Shown: positions 1 through 11,744, counted from the stretch's first letter. The stretch: 64,000 bases of DNA from a virus (IMGVR_UViG_3300025543_000016:1785-65784), one strand, 5' to 3'. Numbers and translations are program-made. The notes: generated by a model not told the origin, from the sequence alone.

Positions 1-3000
1 ACTAACTACATCTCCTGTTTCTGGGTCTATAAATTCAACTTTGTTTTTATTTTGCCTAGTTAAACTTTGATAATTTGCTAAATAAGCATTAATTAATGTA
101 GCTGTAAATTCAGGTCCTTTTAATCCACCATATGTTTTACCTTCTTTATCTAAAATTATACCTCTATTTTCACTATCAAGAACATCTTCAGTTGTTGAAG
201 GTAAAAAGCCATCTTTGGTTCCTGCAACTCTTAATACTTGAAGTCTTTCTTCTTTTGATAATGTTAAAAAAGCAGGGCTATTTAAAAGAATATTTGTTAT
301 ATTAAATCCGTTATCTAATTGTTTTAATTCTTCTAATTTATTAGAATCATTTAAGTCTTGAATTTCTTTTAAATGAAAAGTACCCATTTGATGAGCGTAA
401 ACAAAATTACCTTCAGGATTTAAAAATACACTTTGTCCAATTGTTTCATCAAACATTGCATTTGATTTAGCAAGTTTTTGTAAACGACTTCTAGCACCAC
501 TACCTTTTTTATTAAATAAATAACCAGCACCTGTATTACCTTGTGTACTTAATTTAACTTGATTAGATAATTCTATAATAGCATCTGAATCAATAGCTTC
601 AGCTTGTTTGTTATTATTAATAACTTGATTTAAATAATCATTATTATTTAAATTGTCTGAATTATTTAAGTTAGATATAATGCTAAATTCAATATAAGAA
701 GGGCTTATATTTATACCAAGGTTTTCATAAATGTTAAGTGATAATTCTTTAGCTTTATTTTCAATTTGATCAATTAAATCAACTGAATTTAAATCAAATT
801 CAGCTTCAGTATTATCTAATAAATAAGCTAAATCAGATAAAGAATCAGCTGCTTTGTTTGCAGAAAAATCATCTTTTTTAATAGTATTATATCTAGAACT
901 GTAACCTTGTTTCCAAACATCAATTTGATTAGTTGCATCATCTCTATTTGAAGCATTATAAATAAGCACTTTTTTAATAACATCACTTTGAGATGCGCTA
1001 TGTATAAATAAATAATCAACTTTAAAGTTTTCAAATCCTTTATAGATTTGCATAAATAAACTTGTATTTTTTATTTCTTCTAATACATCTTCTCTTAAAC
1101 CTGTTCTTAATGTTTCTCTTGTTAAACCTATATCATTAAACATTCTATTTACAACAGCATGTGTTTGTTTATTTCCTTTAGAAAACGCATCCATTGCACG
1201 TAAAAAATTAACAGGATCATTAATGTTTTTAACTCCTTTTAATAAACCGTTATATGCGCTTTTAAAATCAACTGGTGTATATATAGGATTTCCTGATGGT
1301 AATTTTGTATTACCAAATTCATCTTCAGCTAAAAGCATTGTGGTTCCAATATAAGCTCTTAAAGCAGTTGGTAAATTGCTAAAACCACCAATCATTGATT
1401 GATCTTTATCCCAATCAGAAACATTTCTTAAACCTTCAAACTCTTCAAACTCTTCATTGAAGTATTCTTTATCTTTAATTTGCTGATCAAATAAAGATAT
1501 GTATTCTGTTATAGCTTCAGTTGCATTTTGTTCAAATTCAATCGCTTGAGTTATTACGTTAATATCTGCATTATCATCTTTACCACCTAAAGCGGTATAT
1601 AATTTATCTAATTTAATTAAATCTTCACCTGATTTATAGGCATTAGTTAAACTAGCAGGATTATATAAAGATCTAAAGTCTTCTATTGTTTCACTTAATA
1701 TGTTAGATCTTGATTCTCCTACTGTAATATTTTTTACTTTAGTTAAATAAGAAGCTGTAATTTGACGTATAACTAAATCAGCAGTATCCGGATCTAAATA
1801 TTTATTTGCAAATCCTCTTTCTAATTCTACTTTAGCATATGTAAGTACTTTGTATGCTTCTACAACAACACCTGTATTAAATTGATTGGTATAAATATTA
1901 TTAACAGAACTGCTAGATTTATATTTACCGGCATCAATGTTTTCAAACAAAGTATTTAATTCATTTTTATTATACTTGCTAAATACAGATTTAATCCATT
2001 CAATAAATCTTGTAAATAAAGATTTAATTACAGGGGATGTTTTAGTAGCGCTTGGGTTAGTTTTAAAAGTTTCAAATTCATCAGCTAAATATTCTTCCAA
2101 ATATTCTTTTTCTAACTGAGCATTTGTCATGCTTTGATACTTTTCAGCTCTGCTTTTAAATTTTTCTAATTCAAGTTTATAGTTTTTATTTTTAGCTTTA
2201 AGTTTAGCAATTACTTCTGTTTTAGCAATAGATAAATACTTTTTAATTTCAGCATCTGATAGTAACAATCTAAATACAGAATGAAACGCTTCATGATATC
2301 TAAAACCTTTTTCGCCAACATAAATTGTTCCTCCTATTTCAACGTTACCTGCAAGTTTATTTAGCTCCATAATAAATACACCAATAGGCATACCTTGAAC
2401 TTTTAATTTAGCAGCAACTTCTTTTATGTTTTTAATTTGAACAAAGTCAGGTAAATTTGCTTGAGCCCAAGCAATAAATTTATCAATAGCTTCTACATCT
2501 TCAACCGTAAAATCATCACTTACTAATTTTGGAGCATATGCATTTAACTTTCTTTCTATTACTGTTAATTCACTTGTAAGTTTTTTATATTGAGGATCAT
2601 TCTTTTTAACAGCAGCGTTAAGAAATTCTAAAGCTGTCATTTGACCTGAATCTTTCATTTCTTGTAATTCAATCAGTCTAACTTTTACCTCTTCTTTTTT
2701 AACATCATATTGATTTTGTAACTGAACTAATTCAGATTCAACATTTGAATTAGCTTTTATTTCATTAGCTTTATATTCAATTAAAGATTTTCTATTACTT
2801 TTAAGAATTATGTTTTCTCTTTCAGTTAAATTTTCTAAACCTTCTAATGCTAATTTGTTAGCTAAATTATTAATATATTCTTTTTCTAAAGTATTAAAAT
2901 TAGTTTTTAAATAAATATCAAACTCTTCATCTGTTAAATCATTAACGTTAGATGTAGAATCCAATACTTGATTTATTTCATCTAGTTTATCCTTAACATC

Positions 3001-6000
3001 TTTAGTAACTGTGCTCTTATCATTTTCATCAGGTAAATTATCTAATAATGCTTTTCCGGTTTTAAGTTTATTTACATCGTCATTACTAAATTGAAATCTA
3101 ACACTTAAATCTTCAAATAATTCTTTTTTTACATTTGTAACAGCAATTTCCATTACTTGATCTGCAGTTAAATCATCATTAATAAATGTTTTAACATTAT
3201 CAATAGAAACAGAAATACCTAAGTTTTTAGTGTCTTTACTTGTTTTAGTCACATCACCAAATACTTTAAGTAATTCAGTAAATGTCATTTTTTCTAAAGT
3301 GTCAACTCTTAAAAAAGCATCAATGTTTAATTTTTTTTCTTTGGCTCCTGTGCTATCAATATATATAATTTCTACACCACCTTTTGCTGTTACTTTAATC
3401 TCAGCATCAATACCTGGTTTAATAGAAATATAAAATTTAGAATTAAATTCATCATTAAATGCATCATTAAAATCAGAATTTAATTTATTACCATCTTCAG
3501 ATATATTTTCATCAATTGTTTTTTTAGCTTGTTTAATAAGATCTTCCATTAAACCTTCATGATTTTCTACAGGAAGAGCTGTAGATTGCAAAGGAACAAA
3601 AATAATTTTTCCGTTTGGTATTTTAACTACAGCATGATATCTATCTTTTCTTTGGCCAACATAATCTAATAAAGTTTTACCTACTGAATTATTAGTTTCA
3701 TTTAATTCATTTAAAATATCATCTCTTAATTTTTTTTCTTCAGGAGAATTCTTTTTATAATTAGTTATGTAACTAGTAAGTTTTTTTCTTTGTTTAGTTT
3801 TAGAATCATAACGTAATCTAGTATCAATAATAAATAATTCACCATTAATTGTGTTATATTCTAATTCAGATAAAGAATTTATACCATCTCTTGCAACATC
3901 AGTTTTAGTTTGATATGAAAATCTATATGCTGTAAAAAAATCAGGAGCAACTTCGTTTAATGGAATTTCAATAATATTATTATCACCAAGTTTTTCTAAT
4001 AAAGCTTGTCTTAATAATTCTTGTTGAGCCATTGCATTTAAAGACTCATCTTTTTTTACAAAATATTTAGCAGCATCGCTATCGCTAAGAGTATAAGGAT
4101 TTTTAATAACTTGACCATCTTCAGTAAGTAATTCAATATTACCAGAAGGAATTTGCAAATTTATATCATCTAGTGTACCTGCATTTCTTTCAACTAATAA
4201 AGCATTAATTTTTTTTCTTAAATCTTGATCTTTTACAACTATACGGAAGCTGTGTGTTTCACCATTAAGTTTAATTAATTTATTTTGTTCTCTACCTGGA
4301 GCTGAATGAAATCTATGATTAGAGACATTTTCATTTTTTTCTACAAGAATTGATAAATTAGAAAGTTGTTCTTTAGTTAAAAATTTAAATATAAGATCTA
4401 CAATATATCTTTGTCTATCGCTAGATTTACTATCTTCAGCTGTCATTGGATAAACATCACGTATATTTCTTACAGTAAGACGAGCTCTATTTTCATTTTT
4501 TAAATTATCAGCAAAGTTTTCTTTTATTAATTCATACTGAGATTTAAATTCGGATTCAGTTACTTTAGCTGAAACTTTCAATCTTTCTTTAGTTGTCTTA
4601 GCTGTTTCAAGTTTATTTTCAGGTAATAAATATAATTTACCTCCTGGATTTACTGTTGATGGAGATCCTAATACAACAAATCTTTCTTTTTTTTCATTTA
4701 TTACAATATCACCATACTTAATAGATTTATCTCCAAACTCAAAAGGAACAGTATCAGGAATTATTTTCTTTAGGATTATGCCAATTTCTATTGCTTTTTT
4801 ACTTGTTGGAAAAGCACGTTGTTCTACTCCTGCTGCTTCATAAAAACTATCAGATAATTCATCACCATTTATATCAACTATTTTATAATAATTATTTTCT
4901 TCATTCTTTTCTTTTATTTCAACAACATAAATATTAGAAGTTATTTTTTTTATAAGTTCTTGATTAGGTTTTAAATTTAATTTGGAATTTTTAGTTATAG
5001 GACCTTTTAAAAATTCAAATGTTAAACCTGCATTTAATACAGTATCTCTTAAAGCAGGATTACTTGAATTATTATTAATCCATTCAGCCATTCCAATTTC
5101 ATTTCTAATAATATTAGCAAAGTCTTTTTGTTTAGGGTCTAAATTTTGAACCCATAACTGTTTAATATCCATTAAATAACTAGCTAATACTTGAGCTTTT
5201 TCAGTTGCTGACCATTTTTCTAATGATAAAGGTTTTTTATTTAATGATAATTGTTCTGTTGCATACTCTGTATATTTTCTTTTTAATATATTTTTAGCAT
5301 AATTATTTACGTTATCATTATTAATAACTTTATTTGCTTTATCTGCTTTATCTTTATTATCAGGTTTATTTGTAGAATCATCAACAAAATTTCCAAATCC
5401 ATCATCAGCTAATTCTTCCTCTACTACTTCAGGTTCAGTTAGTTTAATATAATTATTTTTGTACATTTCAATTGTTATCATGAGCTTTGGGTTATTCATC
5501 ATGGTTATTTCACCACGCTCATCATAAAAATTAACTAATACAATTGAATCTCCATTAGCTAGAAATTCTTTAGCTTGTTCAGCATCAGGTAAAGCTCCTT
5601 CATCATCAATTAATTTTAATAATTGACTTGCTAATTGTTTATCAGAAGATCTTTTAATAGCATCTCTAATTTCAACTCTATCTTGAGCATATTTAATTTT
5701 AAAATAGTTAGCCGTTTTATCAGCAATATCATTAATTACTTCAGGATTAGTTAAAATTTCAGCAGCTTTATCATACATTTTAGTTCTATACTGAAGTGTA
5801 CCATAATCTACAATTTTCTTTAATACGGAATTAATTTTATTTTTATCAACAAAAGCATTATTTACTTTTGCTAAGTAAGCAATATAAGCTTCAAAAGAAG
5901 CTTGTAGTTTAGCAACTTTTCTTCCATCAAATTTACCAGTGCCTTCTTTTTTATTAATTGATGTTTGATTTTCTTTTGCTGTTACTACTTTATAATAGTT

Positions 6001-8610
6001 ATTAAGCAACTCTTTTCTTTTTTGTTTTTGTGCTAAAAGTACGGAGTCTGCTTTAGAATCTTTTAATACAAATATTTCAGCATCTAAAATCTCTAATTCT
6101 TGTTTTAGTGTTTCAGGATCTAATAAAATTCTTAAATCTGAAGCTTGAAGTTTAGACATTTTAATACCTGTATTATCTGCTTTATCTTTAGATGTATAAA
6201 TTAAATCATCAACAGCTAATTCATTAGTTATTGTTGCCATTCTACTTAATGAATCTTCAAAAGATTGATCATTAAATGCAGCTAAATATATAGCATGTTG
6301 ATATGCTCTTTGTTTAATTAGTTCATCTAAATAATCTCTTGAGTTTGGTTCAAATTGACTTGGGTCAAAAGGATTAGGATTTTTATTTAATCTATCTGTT
6401 AGCCTTTCTTCTATTCTATTAGATTTAGTTAAAACATTTTGAAGTCTTTCTCTTATTTTGCCATTTTTAGCATCTTTAATTTGAGTTGGAAAAGCTTCAG
6501 CTAATTCTTCATCAGTTAATTTTAATAAGTCTTTTAATTGATCTCTAAAAGGATCTATCATTCCGTTATCAATTAACGTATGTAATTGATTAAACTGAAT
6601 AAAATCTTTGTTATCTTGAAAGCCTAATGTGTCTTGATCATAAGCTGATTTATTTTGTGCAGCGGCGGCTTGTCTTTTAGCAATAAAATTTAAATTAAAA
6701 GTATCAAGCACTGATTTATCTTGAATATTATTCCATGTTTCATTAGCAATATTAACAAGTTTATCTATAGATTGTTCTCTTTCTAATTTATCTTTTTTAA
6801 ATTGTTCAGCATTAAATACTATATTACCAAGTGATGGTATATGCTTAAAAGTTAAAGTACCAAGTGCATTCATAGGACCTCCCATTGCAAATCCAGACAT
6901 AAAAGTTTCAAAACCTTGAGCCCCTAGCTGGCTAGTTACAGCAGATGATATTGCAGCGTTTTGTAATACTTTTAAATCTTGAGCTGGGTCTTTAATTAAT
7001 TCAGTATAGTATTCTGAAACTCCATGGGAAAGAGCTTCTTGAAAAAGTTCTTGACCACCTTCAGCTAAGTTAGCTGCAAAATATCTTAAAGCACCATGAC
7101 CACCTGCAGTAATTGTTCCTGCTACACTATAAGATTTTAATCTTTGACTAAGTCCTTTTGTTGAATATCTAAATGCTTTTTTCTCAAAAACATTTTGAGA
7201 AATTTTACCGTCTTTACCAACAGTTTTAGCTGTTTTAATTATTTTATTACCTAAACCACCAAGACTTTTATCAAAAATTCTAGCCATTGAAGTACTCATA
7301 CCACCTAAAGCAGAACCCAAAACAATTTTATTAGATAAATAAATAACAGCTAAATTTGCAAGAGTAGTTATATGAGCTCCTTCTAAGGCGTTATTATTAA
7401 TTTCTTCTAATTGGTTATCTGTTAAAGTATCTATACCAAGTTCTTTCTTTTTTGCTGCAATTCCATTTGATATTAATGTATTATATACAGTACCAGATTC
7501 AAGTCTAGCTTCATCTAATGCTAAATTTACACTTCTTATTTCTCTATAAAACCCACCAAATAATGCTCCTGTTTTTCCTAACTTATAAATGTTGTTACCT
7601 ACATCTTTAGTTGATTCAAAATTTTTAAGAGCTTGCATTGTTTCAGGAAGAAATATATTACCTATTTTTGATTCGCCTGTTTTAACAGCTGTCCAAAAAT
7701 CTCTAGCTTTTTCTGTATTTTTTAAAGTATTTACAAGATTTCTACTTGCATTAAATGTTTTACCAAGAAGAGTTCCTTCAGCAATTCTTTTTGCATATAA
7801 ACCCATTTTACCAAGCTTACCTACATTATAGGCAGTTCTTGCTGCTGCTGCTGTACCTGCTGTTACTGCAGCTGCGCCTGATGCGCCACCTGTTACTGGA
7901 GTAGCTAAACCTAATAACGCGGTTCCTCCCCACATAGCTAATTCTTCAACAGCAATTGTTCCCATTATACCAACGCTGTATCCGCTGTTTAAAGCAAAAT
8001 TTGTAAATGAGCTACCAAAACCTTCTTTGCTTGAATTACCAACTCGCATTGCATCAGCCATTTTCATAGCTGATTCAGTATCAGAATCCATTGTAAAATC
8101 TAAAATACCAAATGGTGAAAATGCAGGTAACATATTATTCATAAATTGACCTGTCATTCTACTCCAATCATCTGAAAAAGATGAATTTTCATTATAGATA
8201 CTTTCATTATCCCTATAAGGATGAAACCCTAATTCAGCAAATTTTGGATGGTGATAATACCTATCAAAATTAGTTTCTCTTATACTGAAATAAGTTTTAG
8301 GTTTAATTTTTATTTGAGTAGGTGCTTTTACAGATCCTGAATTTACATCTAAAAAATCTCCCCAATCAGATGTTGCAAGTGTATTTTCAGAAACAGGTTC
8401 ATTAACAGTTTCAATATTCTTATATTTATTTATAGCATAATTAACTTTAGGTGCAAATGCATTTATTTCATCTAAATAATCTTCATCTACAGTTTGTACA
8501 TAATTTTCATCAAAACCTAAATTTAAAATGTCATTAGGTGTATAATCAGTTAATGGTACATTAACTTCCATATTACTTTGGTCTTGTGTTATATTATCTT
8601 TATCAATCAT
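1..8610 (-). CDS. Giant (>2870 aa, C-terminus off the left edge) virion cargo protein with a zincin metallopeptidase motif; candidate virion RNA polymerase or polyvalent protein
   Basis: ATG at 8608-8610 (MIDKDNITQDQSNMEVNVP...). The same frame reads open wherever checked, down to base 1 (...VEFIDPETGDVVS). HEAFH at 2281-2295 is followed by EEYLADEF (~2077-2100). A Gly/Ala-rich hydrophobic stretch lies at ~7840-7980. The position matches the giant cargo/RNAP genes of crAss-like phages. It is absent from the ORF track because no stop lies in the window. Confidence 0.8.
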   Translation of the reverse strand, partial: MIDKDNITQDQSNMEVNVPLTDYTPNDILNLGFDENYVQTVDEDYLDEINAFAPKVNYAINKYKNIETVNEPVSENTLATSDWGDFLDVNSGSVKAPTQIKIKPKTYFSIRETNFDRYYHHPKFAELGFHPYRDNESIYNENSSFSDDWSRMTGQFMNNMLPAFSPFGILDFTMDSDTESAMKMADAMRVGNSSKEGFGSSFTNFALNSGYSVGIMGTIAVEELAMWGGTALLGLATPVTGGASGAAAVTAGTAAAARTAYNVGKLGKMGLYAKRIAEGTLLGKTFNASRNLVNTLKNTEKARDFWTAVKTGESKIGNIFLPETMQALKNFESTKDVGNNIYKLGKTGALFGGFYREIRSVNLALDEARLESGTVYNTLISNGIAAKKKELGIDTLTDNQLEEINNNALEGAHITTLANLAVIYLSNKIVLGSALGGMSTSMARIFDKSLGGLGNKIIKTAKTVGKDGKISQNVFEKKAFRYSTKGLSQRLKSYSVAGTITAGGHGALRYFAANLAEGGQELFQEALSHGVSEYYTELIKDPAQDLKVLQNAAISSAVTSQLGAQGFETFMSGFAMGGPMNALGTLTFKHIPSLGNIVFNAEQFKKDKLEREQSIDKLVNIANETWNNIQDKSVLDTFNLNFIAKRQAAAAQNKSAYDQDTLGFQDNKDFIQFNQLHTLIDNGMIDPFRDQLKDLLKLTDEELAEAFPTQIKDAKNGKIRERLQNVLTKSNRIEERLTDRLNKNPNPFDPSQFEPNSRDYLDELIKQRAYQHAIYLAAFNDQSFEDSLSRMATITNELAVDDLIYTSKDKADNTGIKMSKLQASDLRILLDPETLKQELEILDAEIFVLKDSKADSVLLAQKQKRKELLNNYYKVVTAKENQTSINKKEGTGKFDGRKVAKLQASFEAYIAYLAKVNNAFVDKNKINSVLKKIVDYGTLQYRTKMYDKAAEILTNPEVINDIADKTANYFKIKYAQDRVEIRDAIKRSSDKQLASQLLKLIDDEGALPDAEQAKEFLANGDSIVLVNFYDERGEITMMNNPKLMITIEMYKNNYIKLTEPEVVEEELADDGFGNFVDDSTNKPDNKDKADKANKVINNDNVNNYAKNILKRKYTEYATEQLSLNKKPLSLEKWSATEKAQVLASYLMDIKQLWVQNLDPKQKDFANIIRNEIGMAEWINNNSSNPALRDTVLNAGLTFEFLKGPITKNSKLNLKPNQELIKKITSNIYVVEIKEKNEENNYYKIVDINGDELSDSFYEAAGVEQRAFPTSKKAIEIGIILKKIIPDTVPFEFGDKSIKYGDIVINEKKERFVVLGSPSTVNPGGKLYLLPENKLETAKTTKERLKVSAKVTESEFKSQYELIKENFADNLKNENRARLTVRNIRDVYPMTAEDSKSSDRQRYIVDLIFKFLTKEQLSNLSILVEKNENVSNHRFHSAPGREQNKLIKLNGETHSFRIVVKDQDLRKKINALLVERNAGTLDDINLQIPSGNIELLTEDGQVIKNPYTLSDSDAAKYFVKKDESLNAMAQQELLRQALLEKLGDNNIIEIPLNEVAPDFFTAYRFSYQTKTDVARDGINSLSELEYNTINGELFIIDTRLRYDSKTKQRKKLTSYITNYKKNSPEEKKLRDDILNELNETNNSVGKTLLDYVGQRKDRYHAVVKIPNGKIIFVPLQSTALPVENHEGLMEDLIKQAKKTIDENISEDGNKLNSDFNDAFNDEFNSKFYISIKPGIDAEIKVTAKGGVEIIYIDSTGAKEKKLNIDAFLRVDTLEKMTFTELLKVFGDVTKTSKDTKNLGISVSIDNVKTFINDDLTADQVMEIAVTNVKKELFEDLSVRFQFSNDDVNKLKTGKALLDNLPDENDKSTVTKDVKDKLDEINQVLDSTSNVNDLTDEEFDIYLKTNFNTLEKEYINNLANKLALEGLENLTERENIILKSNRKSLIEYKANEIKANSNVESELVQLQNQYDVKKEEVKVRLIELQEMKDSGQMTALEFLNAAVKKNDPQYKKLTSELTVIERKLNAYAPKLVSDDFTVEDVEAIDKFIAWAQANLPDFVQIKNIKEVAAKLKVQGMPIGVFIMELNKLAGNVEIGGTIYVGEKGFRYHEAFHSVFRLLLSDAEIKKYLSIAKTEVIAKLKAKNKNYKLELEKFKSRAEKYQSMTNAQLEKEYLEEYLADEFETFKTNPSATKTSPVIKSLFTRFIEWIKSVFSKYNKNELNTLFENIDAGKYKSSSSVNNIYTNQFNTGVVVEAYKVLTYAKVELERGFANKYLDPDTADLVIRQITASYLTKVKNITVGESRSNILSETIEDFRSLYNPASLTNAYKSGEDLIKLDKLYTALGGKDDNADINVITQAIEFEQNATEAITEYISLFDQQIKDKEYFNEEFEEFEGLRNVSDWDKDQSMIGGFSNLPTALRAYIGTTMLLAEDEFGNTKLPSGNPIYTPVDFKSAYNGLLKGVKNINDPVNFLRAMDAFSKGNKQTHAVVNRMFNDIGLTRETLRTGLREDVLEEIKNTSLFMQIYKGFENFKVDYLFIHSASQSDVIKKVLIYNASNRDDATNQIDVWKQGYSSRYNTIKKDDFSANKAADSLSDLAYLLDNTEAEFDLNSVDLIDQIENKAKELSLNIYENLGINISPSYIEFSIISNLNNSDNLNNNDYLNQVINNNKQAEAIDSDAIIELSNQVKLSTQGNTGAGYLFNKKGSGARSRLQKLAKSNAMFDETIGQSVFLNPEGNFVYAHQMGTFHLKEIQDLNDSNKLEELKQLDNGFNITNILLNSPAFLTLSKEERLQVLRVAGTKDGFLPSTTEDVLDSENRGIILDKEGKTYGGLKGPEFTATLINAYLANYQSLTRQNKNKVEFIDPETGDVVS

Positions 8611-8643
8611 TATTAAAATATAAGATATTATTATTGGTTTTTA

Positions 8644-11600
8644 TTATTTCTTTTTTGCAGCAACTACAGCTTTATAATTTTTTATCTGTTCTTCTAACTC
8701 TTTAGAACTTATAACATATTTAGATTCTATATAATCAGCAACTCTCTGTATATCTTCAGGACCAACTAATTTACCTGCTAAATTACCATAACTTTCATCA
8801 TTAGGATAATAAATTGGTTGTAAAGTTCTATTTTTTTCTTTTTTATATGTAGGTGATTTAGGATCAAATACAGATTCTTTACCTCCTAACATATACATAC
8901 CTTGGTCTTTATATATAAAAAAAGAACCACCACTTGTTACGTTAACTGAATATTGAGAGTTAAATTGAATATCAGTATCTACTTGAGAATAATTAAAGTT
9001 ATTGCTAGAGTATGGATTTAAATCTTGATTTTTATCATCTACAAGAACTGAAATTGTTGAATATTTTGTTAGTTCTGTATTTGAAATTAAATTAGAACCT
9101 GCTTCACCATTAGCAGTCATTGTATATTTTTTTAAAAATTTTGTGTCAAATGTTAAAATATAACCTCCAGCTTTTGAATCAGAATCTTTAGCTCCATATG
9201 TATCAATATATTCTAGTTTAAATAAAGCATCATTTGATGATCCCATTCCTGCATCTAAAGATAATAAAGCTTGTTCAACTAATTTTTTTGCTGTTGCTGA
9301 TTCATCTTCTTCTATGTCAGATTTTTCTTTTGTTGCAGCATCTCCGGGAATATAAGATACACCACCTTGTTTAGTTTGATTTATAAAAGAAACAAGTATT
9401 CTTTCAGCTTCATCATTTAAGTTATTAATGTTTTTAGGTACAATTACACCTGTAGAATATGAGTTACCCATATATGCAGTTGCATCATTCATTTGATTAA
9501 CAGGATTTCCTGCTAAAAGATAATTAGCACCATAAGCTTTAAATGAAGGAGTATCTGATTCTTCAGATCCCATGTTATTATAAAACCTAGTAAAAGTACC
9601 GTTTAATACAGTTTTTTGATTTTCATAAGCTTCTTTAGCATATTCAGCTGCAGCTTCAGCATCAAATACAACTTCTGTTTCTGTAAACTCACCCCAACCT
9701 GTACTTTGATTTTTTTCAAACTTACCATCCCAAAAAGTACCTAAATCTTGCGTCTTACTAATTCTTGCGTTTTCAACAACTAAATTTACAAATTCAGATT
9801 CACTCATAAGTGAACCATCTTCTTTTACAATTTTAGGAACATTGTTTTCAAGATCTTCAAGTACTTTAGGAACACCATCTAAATTTGTAAATTTTAATGC
9901 TTGATCAAAATTTGATTTAGCTCTTTTTTTAAATTCTTCTTCTGCTAAACTAATTCTTGAAACTAAACCATCAATTTCTCTTGTTGAATGTTTAAATCTA
10001 TTTAATTCATTTACATCTAAATTAGGAGCATCTTTTTTAACATCAGCTTCCTTTGATAAAAGTTTTGATAATTTAGTATAAGCTTCAGCAACATATTTTA
10101 TATTTTCAGGTTTATTTAATTCAACTCTAGCATCGCTTATTGAAAGTTTTTTATTTCCGTCTGCTGTTTGAATTTCTATTTCATTAGGTGTACCAGAAGA
10201 GCCTTCTTTTTTTTGATGATAAGATAATAAAAGTTCTATTTGTTTACTTTTCATTTCAAGATTAACATTTTTAAACGCTTCATCTTTTAATGCTATTGCA
10301 TCAATTCTTGTGTTTGGATCACCCTGTTCATCTTTTTCAAATGCTACTTTAGTTTTATCTCCTTGTGCTAAAGCATTTTTAATGTTACTATTAACACCAG
10401 CTGTTATGTTAGCTGCTTTTATTGTTGCATTTCTGTTTTTTTGGTTTTCTGATGCTGTAAATTCATTTTGAATAAATTGTCTTTGTAAATCAAAATTATT
10501 TTTATCAATGTCTCTTTGATAACCATTAATCTCAATATCTCTACTTGCATCTTGCATTGAGTATTGCCTAGCTGCAGCTTTAAGATCATCACCCATATTC
10601 CAATTCATAAGCAATCCGTAAGCTTTATTTAAAAGAGCTTGATTGTTTCCGCTTAAAGGAGCTCTTGCTGAACTCATTAAATCATTTGTATTTTTTAATT
10701 TAGCTTCTTCTGTTTGCTGCTCTAAAAGAACTTGTTGCCATGTATCTTTTTCGGCAGGCGTTAAGTTTTCTTCACCCATTATTGAAACATATTCTTGATG
10801 TCTTTTTAAAACAGCAGATGATTCTTTAACTTTACCTTGTTGTATTAATTCTACAGCTTGAGCTTTAGAAAATATATCACTTATTGTTTCATTGGCCCAA
10901 GCAACGCGACCTTCATTTACTGTAGAAAACTTACCTGCTTTATAACCTTCTTCTGCATAATCTCTAGCTTTAACATAGCTGTTAGTAGCATATGCTTTTT
11001 GAACTCTAGGATCACCAGACAGTCCTTTTACAACCATTTCATAAGCAGCATTTTGAATTAAAGCTCCATTTTTTTGTTTAATAATAAAACGGTTATCTTT
11101 AGTAAAAGTAAAATCACTTGCTTCTAAACCTGAATCTTTTAAATACTTTAAAGCCATATCATAAAGATTAACGCTTGGTACATATTCAGGAATAGGCATT
11201 GTCATAGCTTCATTAGGATCAGCATTTATAAAATCCTGCATTTGATATTGCAAAGCTTTAATATGTGTTTCACTATACTGATCAACAATTTCTTTATTGG
11301 GAGAATCTAATAAACTTTGAGCTCTTTGTAATTCAGATTTATAACGCGATGTTCTATATACATCTTGTTGAATAAGTTTATTTTCAATAAAAGGTTTAAA
11401 TACACCTTGAGCAGCATCAATATTTTGATGTAAAGATAAATCTAAACCTGATATTTGTTGAATTTTTGGTGCTAATCTATTTGCAAAGTCATCTCTTTGC
11501 TGTTTAGTGTCTTCTCTTGATAAGTCGGCATATACAACACTTCCGTACAAATCACTCATTGCTTTATAATTTGTATTATAACGGTCTTCTCTTGTTGACA

Positions 11601-11685
11601 TAACCTTATTTGCAAATTCAAAATTTGGTGTGTAAGGTTTATAGTCTGGACGATATGATTGTATTCCTGGTATATATGTTGCCAT
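8644..11685 (-). CDS. Putative virion cargo/ejection protein (1013 aa)
   Basis: Long ORF with a Tyr/Pro-rich N-terminus (MATYIPGIQSYRPDYKPYTPNF) and a helical body, directly before the giant gene as in crAss-like cargo clusters. Confidence 0.6.
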   Translation of the reverse strand: MATYIPGIQSYRPDYKPYTPNFEFANKVMSTREDRYNTNYKAMSDLYGSVVYADLSREDTKQQRDDFANRLAPKIQQISGLDLSLHQNIDAAQGVFKPFIENKLIQQDVYRTSRYKSELQRAQSLLDSPNKEIVDQYSETHIKALQYQMQDFINADPNEAMTMPIPEYVPSVNLYDMALKYLKDSGLEASDFTFTKDNRFIIKQKNGALIQNAAYEMVVKGLSGDPRVQKAYATNSYVKARDYAEEGYKAGKFSTVNEGRVAWANETISDIFSKAQAVELIQQGKVKESSAVLKRHQEYVSIMGEENLTPAEKDTWQQVLLEQQTEEAKLKNTNDLMSSARAPLSGNNQALLNKAYGLLMNWNMGDDLKAAARQYSMQDASRDIEINGYQRDIDKNNFDLQRQFIQNEFTASENQKNRNATIKAANITAGVNSNIKNALAQGDKTKVAFEKDEQGDPNTRIDAIALKDEAFKNVNLEMKSKQIELLLSYHQKKEGSSGTPNEIEIQTADGNKKLSISDARVELNKPENIKYVAEAYTKLSKLLSKEADVKKDAPNLDVNELNRFKHSTREIDGLVSRISLAEEEFKKRAKSNFDQALKFTNLDGVPKVLEDLENNVPKIVKEDGSLMSESEFVNLVVENARISKTQDLGTFWDGKFEKNQSTGWGEFTETEVVFDAEAAAEYAKEAYENQKTVLNGTFTRFYNNMGSEESDTPSFKAYGANYLLAGNPVNQMNDATAYMGNSYSTGVIVPKNINNLNDEAERILVSFINQTKQGGVSYIPGDAATKEKSDIEEDESATAKKLVEQALLSLDAGMGSSNDALFKLEYIDTYGAKDSDSKAGGYILTFDTKFLKKYTMTANGEAGSNLISNTELTKYSTISVLVDDKNQDLNPYSSNNFNYSQVDTDIQFNSQYSVNVTSGGSFFIYKDQGMYMLGGKESVFDPKSPTYKKEKNRTLQPIYYPNDESYGNLAGKLVGPEDIQRVADYIESKYVISSKELEEQIKNYKAVVAAKKK

Positions 11686-11744
11686 AATGTAAATTTACTA
11701 AAATTTATTAAGTTTTAAAAACTCTATTTATACACTTTTTAAAT

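Noticed and set aside
828-7831. Short ORF-track calls at 828, 1937, 3230 and 7589
   Set aside because: They are shadow or alternative-frame ORFs inside the giant minus-strand gene 1-8610
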